Positions 27,363-36,575 of a stretch of 64,000 nt of DNA are shown here, piece after piece; position 1 is the stretch's first letter; each line of letters opens with the position of its first letter. Position numbers and translations under genes: made by a program. Origin of the DNA: Acidimicrobiales bacterium (lineage in GTDB: Bacteria; Actinomycetota; Acidimicrobiia; Acidimicrobiales; Bog-793); contig JBEKVJ010000001.1 of assembly GCA_049514105.1 (NCBI GenBank), forward strand, positions 5,954 through 69,953, written 5' to 3'. Under the pieces are notes generated by a model. That model ran no database searches, had not been told where the DNA came from, and saw only the letters and a program-made list of their open reading frames with translations.

Positions 27363-28063
27363 ACGGGCCTGCCTGGCTGGAGCTGCTTGCCAGAGGAGAC
27401 CTCGAGATCCTAGGCAGGCTGCCGTGGAGCTCGAATTATTCGTTCCTCGCGGCGGTGCGCCAGGACGAGACCGACGAACGCGCTGTCTACAAGCCCGGGC
27501 GCGGCGAGCGTCCGCTGTGGGACTATCCCGGAGGGCTGTTTCGTCGGGAGGTGGCGGCCTACGCGCTGTCAGCTGCACTCGGTATTGATGTCGTGCCGGA
27601 GACCGTCCTACGTCACGACGGGCCACACGGTGAGGGGTCTCTGCAGCGCTTTGTCGACGCTGATTTCGCGGAGCACTACTTCACCTTGTTGAATGAGCCC
27701 GTCTACCATCCCCAGCTCCGCAGAATCGCGGCTTTTGACCTGCTCATCAACAACGGCGACCGCAAAGGTGGTCATCTTTTGAAAGACCTCGAAGGGCGGA
27801 TTTGGGGAATTGACCACGGTCTGTGCTTTCACGAAGAGGCGAAGCTGCGCACAGTGATGTGGGACTTTGCCGGCGAGGAGCTGCCCGCAGAGATGCTCTC
27901 TGCCTGTGAGGTCGTAGTCGAGGCGATCCCGGATACAGTCGCAGCGCTCCTCGAGCAAGACGAGTGTCAGGCCCTCAAGCGACGGGCAGTGTCGCTGCTT
28001 CGAAAGCGCCGGTTCCCCGCGCCGCGAGAGGATTACAGGGCCTATCCCTGGCCGCTGGTCTAG
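27323..28063 (+). CDS. SCO1664-family protein (PI3/PI4-kinase-like fold)
   Basis: It has ...LEILGRLPWSSNYSFLAAV...AVYKPGRGERPLWD...NNGDRKGGHLL...IWGIDHGLCF, a kinase-like catalytic/DxG pattern. The start is uncertain; the in-frame GTG at 27323 was chosen, while the ORF track begins at 27290. Confidence 0.7.
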   Translation: MPEDERPPPAADLNGPAWLELLARGDLEILGRLPWSSNYSFLAAVRQDETDERAVYKPGRGERPLWDYPGGLFRREVAAYALSAALGIDVVPETVLRHDGPHGEGSLQRFVDADFAEHYFTLLNEPVYHPQLRRIAAFDLLINNGDRKGGHLLKDLEGRIWGIDHGLCFHEEAKLRTVMWDFAGEELPAEMLSACEVVVEAIPDTVAALLEQDECQALKRRAVSLLRKRRFPAPREDYRAYPWPLV

Positions 28064-28198
28064 AACGCACGGCTCGCGTGTCAAGGACAATTGCGACCGT
28101 GGTTGCGGAGGCGCCAATGGCGGGCTGCGCGCGTCGATGGCAGGGATCGTCAGCAACGGCTTTGCCGACTGGCAAGCTAGTGGCCAGGAGGTCCGGCT

Positions 28199-29218
28199 GT
28201 GTCAGTGGGATCAGTTGACAAGATGCGCGACGAATCCGGCGCGCTCGCCAGTGTCTCAATCGTCCTGCCTGTCCTAAACGAGGCCGCCCAACTTGACCGC
28301 TGCCTGAGATCGGTCGTTAGGCAGAGCTATCCCGCCATCACGGAAATTGTCGTAGCCGACGGCGGTTCCAGCGACGAGACGCGCTCTGTCGCGTCCTCAT
28401 TTCCCAAGGTCGTCGTGGTCGACAACCCAAGGCGCATCCGTCCGGCTGGTCTGAACGCCGCGATCGCGGCCGCCTCGGGCGAGGTCATCGTACGCGTCGA
28501 CGCCCGAACCGCCCTCGCCCCGGACTACGTGGAGCGCTGCGTCGCAGCTCTCCAGCACTCCGGGGCTGGCATCGTCGGCGGGCAGATGCGTTATGAGGCT
28601 CATGACGCCCGCCAACGCGGCATTGTCGCGGCGATGACCTCACGCATCGGCGCGGGGCCGGCGGCTTTCCGGCGCGAGGGCGGTGCCCCGCGCTTTGTCG
28701 ACACCGTTTATCTCGGTGCCTACATGGCCGGCACGATTCGCGAGATGGGCGGTTACGACGAATGGTCGGGCGGCAACGAGGACGCCGAGCTCGCCTGGCG
28801 GGCTCGGGACTTTGGTGGCGTATACCTTGATCCTTCGATCAAGTCTTTCTATCTAGGTCGCGACGGGCTCGGGCCGCTGGCGCGGCAGTTCTATCGCTAT
28901 GGCCACAATCGAGCCCGCACCATCCGCAAGCACCCTCGGTCAATCTCCTACCGACAGCTCGCTGTGCCCGCGCTTTTCGTCGGTCTGGTCAGCCCGTGGC
29001 GGCGCCAGGTCATGGCCGCCTACCTTTCGCTCGTCCTCGGTCGCGGTGTTGTCGAGCTCGTGAGCGATCCTCCCGCGGTCCCGACTTTGCTTGCCTCCTT
29101 CCCTACGATGCACGCTGCTTGGGGACTGGGATTCGCGCGAGGCATCGCAAAAAGGTTTGGACGTGAAGCCGAGATTCCCTCTGGTGTGGCGGGAACTGCC
29201 ATACGCTTCCCATCGTGA
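28199..29218 (+). CDS. Glycosyltransferase family 2
   Basis: 339 aa with VSIVLPVLNEAAQLDRCLRSVVRQSYPAITEIVVADGGSSDET...VDAR. Confidence 0.85.
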   Translation: MSVGSVDKMRDESGALASVSIVLPVLNEAAQLDRCLRSVVRQSYPAITEIVVADGGSSDETRSVASSFPKVVVVDNPRRIRPAGLNAAIAAASGEVIVRVDARTALAPDYVERCVAALQHSGAGIVGGQMRYEAHDARQRGIVAAMTSRIGAGPAAFRREGGAPRFVDTVYLGAYMAGTIREMGGYDEWSGGNEDAELAWRARDFGGVYLDPSIKSFYLGRDGLGPLARQFYRYGHNRARTIRKHPRSISYRQLAVPALFVGLVSPWRRQVMAAYLSLVLGRGVVELVSDPPAVPTLLASFPTMHAAWGLGFARGIAKRFGREAEIPSGVAGTAIRFPS

Positions 29219-29928
29219 ACGACACGCTCGGTGCGTCATCTTCAGGAACTCCGCTCGTCATAGTGGGTGCAGGAGGGCACGGTCGGGAAGTTCTCGACGT
29301 CGTTCGGGCGGTGAACTCGGCCACACCCACGTGGGACCTTCTCGGGTTTGTCGCGGACGGAGGCGGCGACCTAGAGGAGATCGAGGCTCTAGGGGTCTCG
29401 TTTCTGGGGCCTATAAGCGAACTTGAGGTCGACCGAGGCTATGGCAAAGACAAACTAGGCGCTCCGCGCTTTGTCGTCGCCATCGGAGCGGGCGCAGTTC
29501 GACGATCAATCGACGAGAGGCTCACGAAAGCAGGTTTGGTGCCAGCAAGCGTCATCCATCCGTCTGCAACCGTCGGTGCTCACTGCGAACTCGCACCAGG
29601 AGTTGTCATTGTCGCTGGCGCGCGTGTGACGACGAACGTTCGTCTCGGCCGCCACGTTCACCTGAACCTGAATTCCACTGTCAGCCATGACAGCGTCCTC
29701 GGCGACTACGTAACCATAAGCTCAGGCGTGAATATCTCAGGACGAGTGACACTCGGCGCAGGTGTCGACTGCGGCGCAGGCTCAACGGTTCTTCCAGGCG
29801 TACACATTGGCAGTGGCACCCGAGTTGGCGCTGGCGCTGTTGTTACGAAGGACTGTCCGCCAGACTGCACGATGGTCGGTGTACCTGCGCACCCGTTGCC
29901 ACAATCAGCGCAAGGAGGCTCCTGCTAA
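29215..29928 (+). CDS. NeuD/PglD-family sugar N-/O-acetyltransferase (left-handed beta-helix)
   Basis: 237 aa with a GTG start in a GTGA overlap, an N-terminal LVIVGAGGHGREVLDVV, and C-terminal hexapeptide repeats (IGxxxxIxxGxxV...). Confidence 0.85.
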   Translation: MNDTLGASSSGTPLVIVGAGGHGREVLDVVRAVNSATPTWDLLGFVADGGGDLEEIEALGVSFLGPISELEVDRGYGKDKLGAPRFVVAIGAGAVRRSIDERLTKAGLVPASVIHPSATVGAHCELAPGVVIVAGARVTTNVRLGRHVHLNLNSTVSHDSVLGDYVTISSGVNISGRVTLGAGVDCGAGSTVLPGVHIGSGTRVGAGAVVTKDCPPDCTMVGVPAHPLPQSAQGGSC

Positions 29929-31019
29929 GCCTGCAGAGCTCCAACCACTAGCTCGCAAATATGATCCACTTCCTCGAGGGCAAGATCCGCGTAGAGGGGG
30001 ATACATAGCAATTTGAGGTGGAGGTTGTCAGTGGCCGGATAGCCGCCAGAGCCAGAGTATCGTTCGTAGGCGGGCATGGTGTGTAGTGGCACAAAGTAAC
30101 GTTTGGACTGGACATCCGCGGCACGCAACGCTCCCTGTACTGCTTCCCGCCGATCGCCGGTTCCTAAGTCGATGGCCAGGTCCTTAAATGTGGATCGATC
30201 TTCGTTTCGGACTTGCTGCCAGCCGACTAGGCCGTCGAGCCGCTCGTGATATCGAGCCAGTAGGCCGAGTCGCTGTTCAAGCAATGGCTCGATGAAATCG
30301 AGTTCCAAAGTGCCGAGCGCTGCATGCAATTCGGATAGCTTGCCGTTCAGTCCAGGGGAACGGGAGATGTAGTCATTTTGGAATCCATAGGCACGCAAGT
30401 AAGTGATCCGCTCTGCGAGTTCAGGGTCGTGTGTGGCGATTAGGCCGCCCTCGCCCGTCGTGACCAGCTTGGTTCCGCTGAAGCTGAAAATCTCGGCGTC
30501 ACCAAAGCCGCCAACCTTCGTTCCGCCGCGCGTACTACCGTAAGCGTGCGCGGCGTCGAAAACGAGTCGGGAGCCGTGAGCATCGGCTGCAGACCTTAGA
30601 GAGTCGACGTCGCACGGGTTTCCAAAGACATGTGTAGCAAGGACTACGCCCGGCGGTTGGCCGCGCATGGCAAGGGTCAAGGAGTCTTGGCTCATGTTGA
30701 ACGTCAAGGGGTCTACGTCGACAAGTCTGGGCGTTAGCCCAGCCCAGATAGCAGCATTCACCGTCGAGTTGAACGTGAAGTCCGAGATGAAGCAGGGCGC
30801 CCCGTCCGGGAGACCAAGCGACTTTAGCGTGACGATCATACCGATATCGCAGGAAACAACGGCCCGTGTCTCGGGGACCTTGAGATAGTCCGCCGCCTGT
30901 TGCTCGAAAATCTGGGAGAACTCGGAGAAGTTCGAGAGCATCCTCGTTTCCCAGATGCGCTCGAGCAACGTAACGTACTCCTCTAGTGGCGGTAGCCAAG
31001 GACGGACGATCGGGATCAC
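29925..31019 (-). CDS. DegT/DnrJ/EryC1/StrS-family sugar aminotransferase
   Basis: 364 aa with ...AEIFSFSGTKLVTTGEGG... (PLP-Lys motif). Its 3' end overlaps the convergent acetyltransferase by 4 nt. Confidence 0.9.
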   Translation of the reverse strand: MIPIVRPWLPPLEEYVTLLERIWETRMLSNFSEFSQIFEQQAADYLKVPETRAVVSCDIGMIVTLKSLGLPDGAPCFISDFTFNSTVNAAIWAGLTPRLVDVDPLTFNMSQDSLTLAMRGQPPGVVLATHVFGNPCDVDSLRSAADAHGSRLVFDAAHAYGSTRGGTKVGGFGDAEIFSFSGTKLVTTGEGGLIATHDPELAERITYLRAYGFQNDYISRSPGLNGKLSELHAALGTLELDFIEPLLEQRLGLLARYHERLDGLVGWQQVRNEDRSTFKDLAIDLGTGDRREAVQGALRAADVQSKRYFVPLHTMPAYERYSGSGGYPATDNLHLKLLCIPLYADLALEEVDHICELVVGALQA

Positions 31020-31669
31020 TTGGCTGCCTCTACGATCAGCAGTGAGTCAGGCCGGCGCTCGAGCCCTCTGAGTTCAGGGTGGTCTGACTGTCCCCACTCC
31101 TGAGTCGTGACCTCAGAAAAACCCGCCTCGTTCAACCTCAATGTCAGCTCGTCGATGTCGTACACGTACAGATGCTCCCACGATCGCAGGGCGAAGTTGA
31201 GCATCCGGGCCGGAGTGTCGATCATCGAACAACCCGGGTCCCGCAACCAGGCCTGGTCTTTCCAGTCACCCAGATAATGGTCCACGAGGTAGCGCAAATC
31301 AGGCATCGCTATGCGCATCACGCCGCCAGGAGAGAGAGCATTTCGGCAGTCGACGAGAAGCTGAACCCCATGCTCGAGGCTGAGGTGTTCGAAGACGTGC
31401 TCGGAGAAGATGAACGCGATCGATGATGCAGGAGCAGGGAAGCCGTAGCGCAGGTCGACGCGAAGATCAGGCTTGACGGCGCTGTCGATATCGACGTTTA
31501 CCCAGTTCACGAGGCGGACAGGTCCGCATCCCAGGTGGACCTTTGCTCCCTCGGACAATCCAGCGCTCCGAAGATATCTTTTTGTCCGGCTTCTCCGGAG
31601 TCTGCGGAGGGCGGTTCTCGTGATGGCCCGGCCGCGACGCCGTAGGCGCGCCATGGACGGTAGTCGCAT
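31016..31669 (-). CDS. SAM-dependent methyltransferase
   Basis: It has KVHLGCGPVRLVNWVNVDID...IFSEHVFEHL...LSPGGVMRIAMPD. The start was moved to MRLPSMARL (31669) because the ORF-track start (31759) would overlap the upstream GT2 by 73 nt. Confidence 0.7.
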   Translation of the reverse strand: MRLPSMARLRRRGRAITRTALRRLRRSRTKRYLRSAGLSEGAKVHLGCGPVRLVNWVNVDIDSAVKPDLRVDLRYGFPAPASSIAFIFSEHVFEHLSLEHGVQLLVDCRNALSPGGVMRIAMPDLRYLVDHYLGDWKDQAWLRDPGCSMIDTPARMLNFALRSWEHLYVYDIDELTLRLNEAGFSEVTTQEWGQSDHPELRGLERRPDSLLIVEAAK

Positions 31670-31686
31670 CAGCCTCTCCGATCCGG

Positions 31687-32553
31687 CTACAGATAGTGCC
31701 GGTAGGTAACGTGCTCCACGAAACCCATCTTGACTCCGGCGGCTTGCATGCGCTGCCATAGGTTCCAGTCTGCTGGTTCAGCCAGCTTCCAGCTGTTCTC
31801 GTTGTGGTGAAAGAACCGAAGCCCTCCGGCGTAGAGGACAGATCCGTGGCTTATGTGGCCGCGCGCGAGCGGCGACCTTCCCACGTCCTCCCAAATGCCA
31901 GGTTCAAGCTCCATCGCAGCTTTGCTCCACACGAACTCGAGTCTGCGCGAGCGGGCCTCGCGAAGCAGGACTTCTACATGATCGTCGGTGATCTCGTCGT
32001 CATCGTCGCACGGTGCAATCCAGGCCCCCCGAGCGATCGCGAGCGCCGCATTCATTGGCACCGTTCCCGCCACCATCCATCGCAGTGTCGGGTCCGTAGG
32101 GTAAAGGCCACGCTCGGCGAGGTTGAAAAAGCGAAGCCGAGGATCCTTTACCGACATAACGGCGCGTTCGGTGGCATCGTCGCAGTGGTCTCCCACCACG
32201 AGAATTTCGAGCCGGCCATAGGTCTGGCGGACCGCGGATGCGATGGCTCGTTCAGCGACAAGAGGGCCACGGTTGTAAGTGGCGATCCGTACGGTGACAA
32301 GAGGTTCGGCTTCGTCACTGGCAGCCCAGCACACGTCATCGTCGCCGCGAGCCTGGGCCAATAACCGTCGTTCATCGGTCGTTTCGATACCCCTCCGAAC
32401 AACCTCGCTAAGGTACTGCGCGGGGGCCCTTTTCAGGTAAGGCAGTCGCTTGTGTCGGTAGTGCCACGTGCTACGGGCAAAACCCCTCACGAACGACGGC
32501 GCGCCGTCGCGCCGGTGGGTGAAGGAGGGAGACTCCCATGTCTTGGTCGACAT
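31687..32553 (-). CDS. Glycosyltransferase family 2
   Basis: 288 aa with VTVRIATYNRGPLVAERAIASAVRQTYGRLEILVVGDHCDDATE...CDDDDE. Confidence 0.8.
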   Translation of the reverse strand: MSTKTWESPSFTHRRDGAPSFVRGFARSTWHYRHKRLPYLKRAPAQYLSEVVRRGIETTDERRLLAQARGDDDVCWAASDEAEPLVTVRIATYNRGPLVAERAIASAVRQTYGRLEILVVGDHCDDATERAVMSVKDPRLRFFNLAERGLYPTDPTLRWMVAGTVPMNAALAIARGAWIAPCDDDDEITDDHVEVLLREARSRRLEFVWSKAAMELEPGIWEDVGRSPLARGHISHGSVLYAGGLRFFHHNENSWKLAEPADWNLWQRMQAAGVKMGFVEHVTYRHYL

Positions 32554-32609
32554 GCAACTAGCATGCCAGCCGGCTCACGGGTCGCGGTGTCTCATGATCA
32601 TCCCGATGA

Positions 32610-34163
32610 TCAGAGGGTCCTCGCGTCGCGGATCATTGTCGCCAAGATAGAACGCCCACCGTGACGAAGCAGCAAGAGTCCGAGGGCGAAGCTGACGCCG
32701 CCGCCGAGCGCGACGCCCACAAGAAGTCGGCTCCAAGTGGCACCGAGTTGGAGCGCCGGGGCCGATGCAAGCGCAGCGATGGCACCGCCGACGATTATCG
32801 ATCCAAGTGCCTCCAGGACAGTCTGGCGCGCCGCTCCCGTTGAGAACTCCTCGCGTACCAGGTAGGGAAAGATGACGACGTTTGATACCACAATTGTGAC
32901 CAAAGTGGCGTAGGCGGCTCCGATCGGACCTATGACTATGGCGAAGACAACCGTAAGGGCGAGATTTGCGGCTGCTTCTGTGGCTACCAGCCACACGAAG
33001 CGCTTCTGACGACCGCGCGCTATCAGCAGAAGACTGAGTCCGTGAACGGGGACATTCGCCAACCAGACGCAACAAAACACCACGAGAACGGTTTCACCGA
33101 GATGGGACGCGCGGCCAGTAACGACTGCGATGACATCGACGCGTAGAACGATCACTGTCGCGAACATCGCGCCAGAGATAAACGCGGCTACGCGCGTCAA
33201 AAAGCGTGTAGCGCTCTCTTGGCCATCGCTGTCGCGGGTGCCGGCGAGGTGGGGAAATACCGTGTCATAGCCCGTGAAGAGCAGCGTGATCGCTTGCGAC
33301 GGCACGATCGATCCGGCGCGGTATAGGCCGACGGCGGCCGCAGTCGCGACGGCCCCAACCACTACTAGGTCGGTCGCGGAAATGACCTGTCCGGAGACCG
33401 ATAAGACCAGAAGAGGAGCAGAGAATGACGCGACTCGACGAATGTCGACCCAGCCAATCCTTCGCGGGAGAGTCCGGAACCAGCGTTCGTGCCGTCGGGT
33501 CCACCAGCCACAATAGCCTTGGCAGACGACAACACTTGCCAGCAGACCGGCGCCAAGGGCGACTAGATGTAGAGAATTTATTGTCGCGACGACGATCGCG
33601 ATCTCGACTGCCGTTCCGGCAAGACCCCCGATTGCGGGAACGTGGAACTGACGTCGTCCGGCAGGGATGCCAGCAAACGAGGAGCTGGCCAGGTTCAATG
33701 CAACCGAAAGCCCGACGAGAAACACCAATAGGGGGACGTGCCTACCTGCGATGGACCGGTACCTGCCGAAAGCGACCACCAAGGTCACGATGCACGTGGC
33801 CGCGAAAACTGCGAGGCCCCACGCGACGTAGGTCGTGTGCGCAGCCTCCACATCGTTTCGGGCGCGATGTCGCTCGTCTTCCTGGAAGGACGCGGAGTCT
33901 CGCGCTGTAGCTCTGATGACCAGGAGCCTCAGACCGAAGTCGACAGTGCCGAAGACACCAAGGACGGTCGCCACGAGAGCGTAGATGCCGTAAGTGGACG
34001 CGCCGAGGTGTCTGAAGGAGAAGGCGAGCAAGTAAAGACCACCCAACACTGATGCTCCTGCATTCAGGTACAACCACGCGGCGTTACGACCAAGGCCCGT
34101 GACCTGTAGGGCTCCGGCTTGTGAACCTTCATCCGGTCCGGAGGGCGGGGGAAGCGCAGTCAA
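32610..34163 (-). CDS. Wzx-like oligosaccharide flippase (MOP superfamily)
   Basis: 517 aa and multi-TM, with a flippase-type N-terminus ...GLGRNAAWLYLNAGASVLGG... It has a TTG start as drawn, and the start is uncertain. Confidence 0.75.
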   Translation of the reverse strand: MTALPPPSGPDEGSQAGALQVTGLGRNAAWLYLNAGASVLGGLYLLAFSFRHLGASTYGIYALVATVLGVFGTVDFGLRLLVIRATARDSASFQEDERHRARNDVEAAHTTYVAWGLAVFAATCIVTLVVAFGRYRSIAGRHVPLLVFLVGLSVALNLASSSFAGIPAGRRQFHVPAIGGLAGTAVEIAIVVATINSLHLVALGAGLLASVVVCQGYCGWWTRRHERWFRTLPRRIGWVDIRRVASFSAPLLVLSVSGQVISATDLVVVGAVATAAAVGLYRAGSIVPSQAITLLFTGYDTVFPHLAGTRDSDGQESATRFLTRVAAFISGAMFATVIVLRVDVIAVVTGRASHLGETVLVVFCCVWLANVPVHGLSLLLIARGRQKRFVWLVATEAAANLALTVVFAIVIGPIGAAYATLVTIVVSNVVIFPYLVREEFSTGAARQTVLEALGSIIVGGAIAALASAPALQLGATWSRLLVGVALGGGVSFALGLLLLRHGGRSILATMIRDARTL

Positions 34164-34167
34164 CTTA

Positions 34168-34222
34168 CGATCGGGGCTCTCGTCGTCAGCTGACGGTCCG
34201 CTGTCGACGAGAGCCCCGATCG
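34168..34222. promoter_or_regulatory. Perfect 18-bp inverted repeat (19-nt spacer) abutting the flippase start
   Basis: cgatcggggctctcgtcg (34168-34185) ... cgacgagagccccgatcg (34205-34222) are exact reverse complements. No flanking T-tract is present on either strand. Confidence 0.8.
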
Positions 34223-34835
34223 GAGTCTGCCGTTGGCAGCTGTCCCAAGAATGCCTGCATCGCCAAAGAGTGTAGGGGCTGGTCTCGAGGATGGGGCGAA
34301 CCGATCGCCGCCATTCTTACCGAAATCGTGCCTCGTCTCATTTCGGAACGTTCGTTCACTGTTCAAAGGCCTAGAGGAGAGAGCTAGGTTCACTACGACG
34401 CCAAAGAGCGGAACCAGGCAAATGACCACGAGCCATACGTCCAGCCTCTGCGCATCTGGTCTGCCAGTCGGAGTCCGGAGCCATCCTAAATGCATATAGT
34501 CTCCACGGAACGAAATCTGCAGATGAGTACACTTCCCCCGTGTGCGACTTGACGAACATCTTGGCGCGTACGGGTAGCGGCGATCAGGGGCAGGAATTCG
34601 GACCTGACTTTGTGCTGGGAATGACTTGAACTGGCGCGTTCGTATCGGCTGGTACGAGGGCAGACAGCGTGCCGCCTTGAGGCTGGTTTCAGCCGCGCGC
34701 CGGTGGTACTACGCGAGCAGCGATGGGCGTGCCGGCGATCCAAGTAATGATCCTGCACGTCCCACCAAGGCTGCGTCGCCAGGCGCTGCTGGATCGAAGC
34801 TCGCAGGTCCGCTCGGAAACAGCCGCCGCGTAGCG

Positions 34836-36575
34836 ATGTCGCTATGGGCCTCAGTTCGTCGCCGCCGATACCCGTTGGACGCCGGAGCAGACCGCGTCCG
34901 TTATGAACAGTGGCTTGTCGCGCGTGGCGACGAAGTGCTGCTGCCGGAGCGAACCCTTGAGGTCATCTCGTCGAGAGTCCGCCCGGACTCTGAAGGCCAG
35001 CCCCTGTTCAGCATTGTTGTGCCCGTTTTCCGGCCGCCGCTCTGGGGTCTGGAGAGGTGCGTCACCTCAGTGCTATCCCAGCCATTCGATGATTTCGAGT
35101 TCAAGCTCTGTGATGACTGCGGCGGAGACGGAGAGGTCCTCGCGCTGTTGCGCCGCTGTGAGGCAATTGATAGCCGGATCGAGGTCATCGTTTCTGAGCA
35201 CAACGAAGGAATTGCCAATGCAACCAACCGCGCTCTAGCTGCCTCAACGGGGCAGTACATCATATTTCTCGATCACGACGACGAGTTGGCCGGCGACGCC
35301 CTCGAAGTCATCGCTGCAGCGATAAGAGACCGGCCCGAGACAGACGTCCTGTATAGCGACTCCGACAAGATCTCAGCCGATGGCCGCCGCTTCGCTCCCG
35401 CATTCAAGCCGGCCTGGTCGCCGGATCTTTTGTGTTCAGGCATGTACTTCGGCCACGTTCTGGTCGTGCGCCGCGCTCTTGTCGAGAAGGTCGGAGGTCT
35501 ACGAAGTAGTTACGACGGCAGCCAGGATCACGATCTTGCGCTTCGCGTAACCGAGATCGCCGGATCGGTAGTGCATATCCCTCGCATTCTGTATCACTGG
35601 AGATCAGGGACCGGTTCGGCCGCGACGGATCCATTGGCGAAGCCTTGGGCGCGAGAAGCAGGCCGATCCGCGGTCGCCGAAGCCCTGCTCCGGCGCGGCG
35701 AGCAGGCAACTGTAGAGCAGGACCCGAGGTCAATCGGGCGGTACCACTGCTCTCGTCATCTGGCATCTGGAACAGTGGTCACGATCGCGCCGATCTTGCG
35801 GGCCCCGGCATCGCCAGCAGGCATCGGGCGCGTTGTGCGCGATTGGGAGGGTCGCTCCCGGGACTTGGTCGCCACTGCTGGCATGGCTGTCAACCTGGGG
35901 GATGTAATCCTTGAAGAAGGTGATTGGGCGCTTTCTTGGGCATCGAGGGCGAGCGCGGCTCTGCGGGCTGCTCGAACGGATCTGGTCGTTCTCATTGACC
36001 CGCTCTTGTTGCCGCTTTCACGCCAGTGGGCCAGAGAGCTCGTCGTGCTCGCAGATCGACCTGGCGTAGGTGCCACCGGTGGATGTGTGGTCGAGGGATC
36101 CCATATTGTCGGCGCAGGGCTAGTGGCTGGGCTAGGAGGTTTAGTCGGACCTGTCCTCGCGGGCCTTCCGGCGCTTCGTCCCGGCTATCAGGCGATGGCG
36201 ATAGTGCAGCGGGAGGTCTCTGCTCTCGGGGCTGAATGCATCCTGGTACGCCGCGACGCCGCGGCGATCTTAGAGAAGCTCCCGCTATCACTATCAGCCG
36301 AGCTGGCCGTGGCCGCGCTTTGTTTCACGCTGCGCCGCAACGGTGAACGAGTCCTCTACGAGCCGGCTGCCCGGTTCAAACTTCCCAAATTCCATCGCCA
36401 AACCCCACCCCGACAGCTCGGTCACAGCATGCAACTGAGCGAAGTCGAATGGTTTCGGAGCGAGTTCGCATCCGAGCTCGCCGAGGCCGACCCCTACTAC
36501 CACCCAGCTCTGTGCCTGGACGATCCCTATTGTCGTCTCGGGTCCGCCGGGGTCGAGCTCCCATTGTTCAGATGA
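34836..36575 (+). CDS. Two-domain glycosyltransferase family 2
   Basis: It has FSIVVPVFRPPLWGLERCVTSVLSQPFDDFEFKLCDDCG...FLDHDDE...DHDL. The start was taken at MSLWASVRRRRYP (34836). The ORF-track extension from 34626 has no GT-like sequence. Confidence 0.8.
   Translation: MSLWASVRRRRYPLDAGADRVRYEQWLVARGDEVLLPERTLEVISSRVRPDSEGQPLFSIVVPVFRPPLWGLERCVTSVLSQPFDDFEFKLCDDCGGDGEVLALLRRCEAIDSRIEVIVSEHNEGIANATNRALAASTGQYIIFLDHDDELAGDALEVIAAAIRDRPETDVLYSDSDKISADGRRFAPAFKPAWSPDLLCSGMYFGHVLVVRRALVEKVGGLRSSYDGSQDHDLALRVTEIAGSVVHIPRILYHWRSGTGSAATDPLAKPWAREAGRSAVAEALLRRGEQATVEQDPRSIGRYHCSRHLASGTVVTIAPILRAPASPAGIGRVVRDWEGRSRDLVATAGMAVNLGDVILEEGDWALSWASRASAALRAARTDLVVLIDPLLLPLSRQWARELVVLADRPGVGATGGCVVEGSHIVGAGLVAGLGGLVGPVLAGLPALRPGYQAMAIVQREVSALGAECILVRRDAAAILEKLPLSLSAELAVAALCFTLRRNGERVLYEPAARFKLPKFHRQTPPRQLGHSMQLSEVEWFRSEFASELAEADPYYHPALCLDDPYCRLGSAGVELPLFR

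Noticed and set aside
34160-34495. 111-aa minus-strand ORF with one hydrophobic segment, ending in a TTGA overlap with the flippase start
   Set aside because: It was not called as a gene. Its third-position GC looks clearly lower than in neighbouring genes, no RBS or motif was seen, and it contains the 18-bp inverted repeat. It is kept only as a possibility under the finding for 34164-34835.
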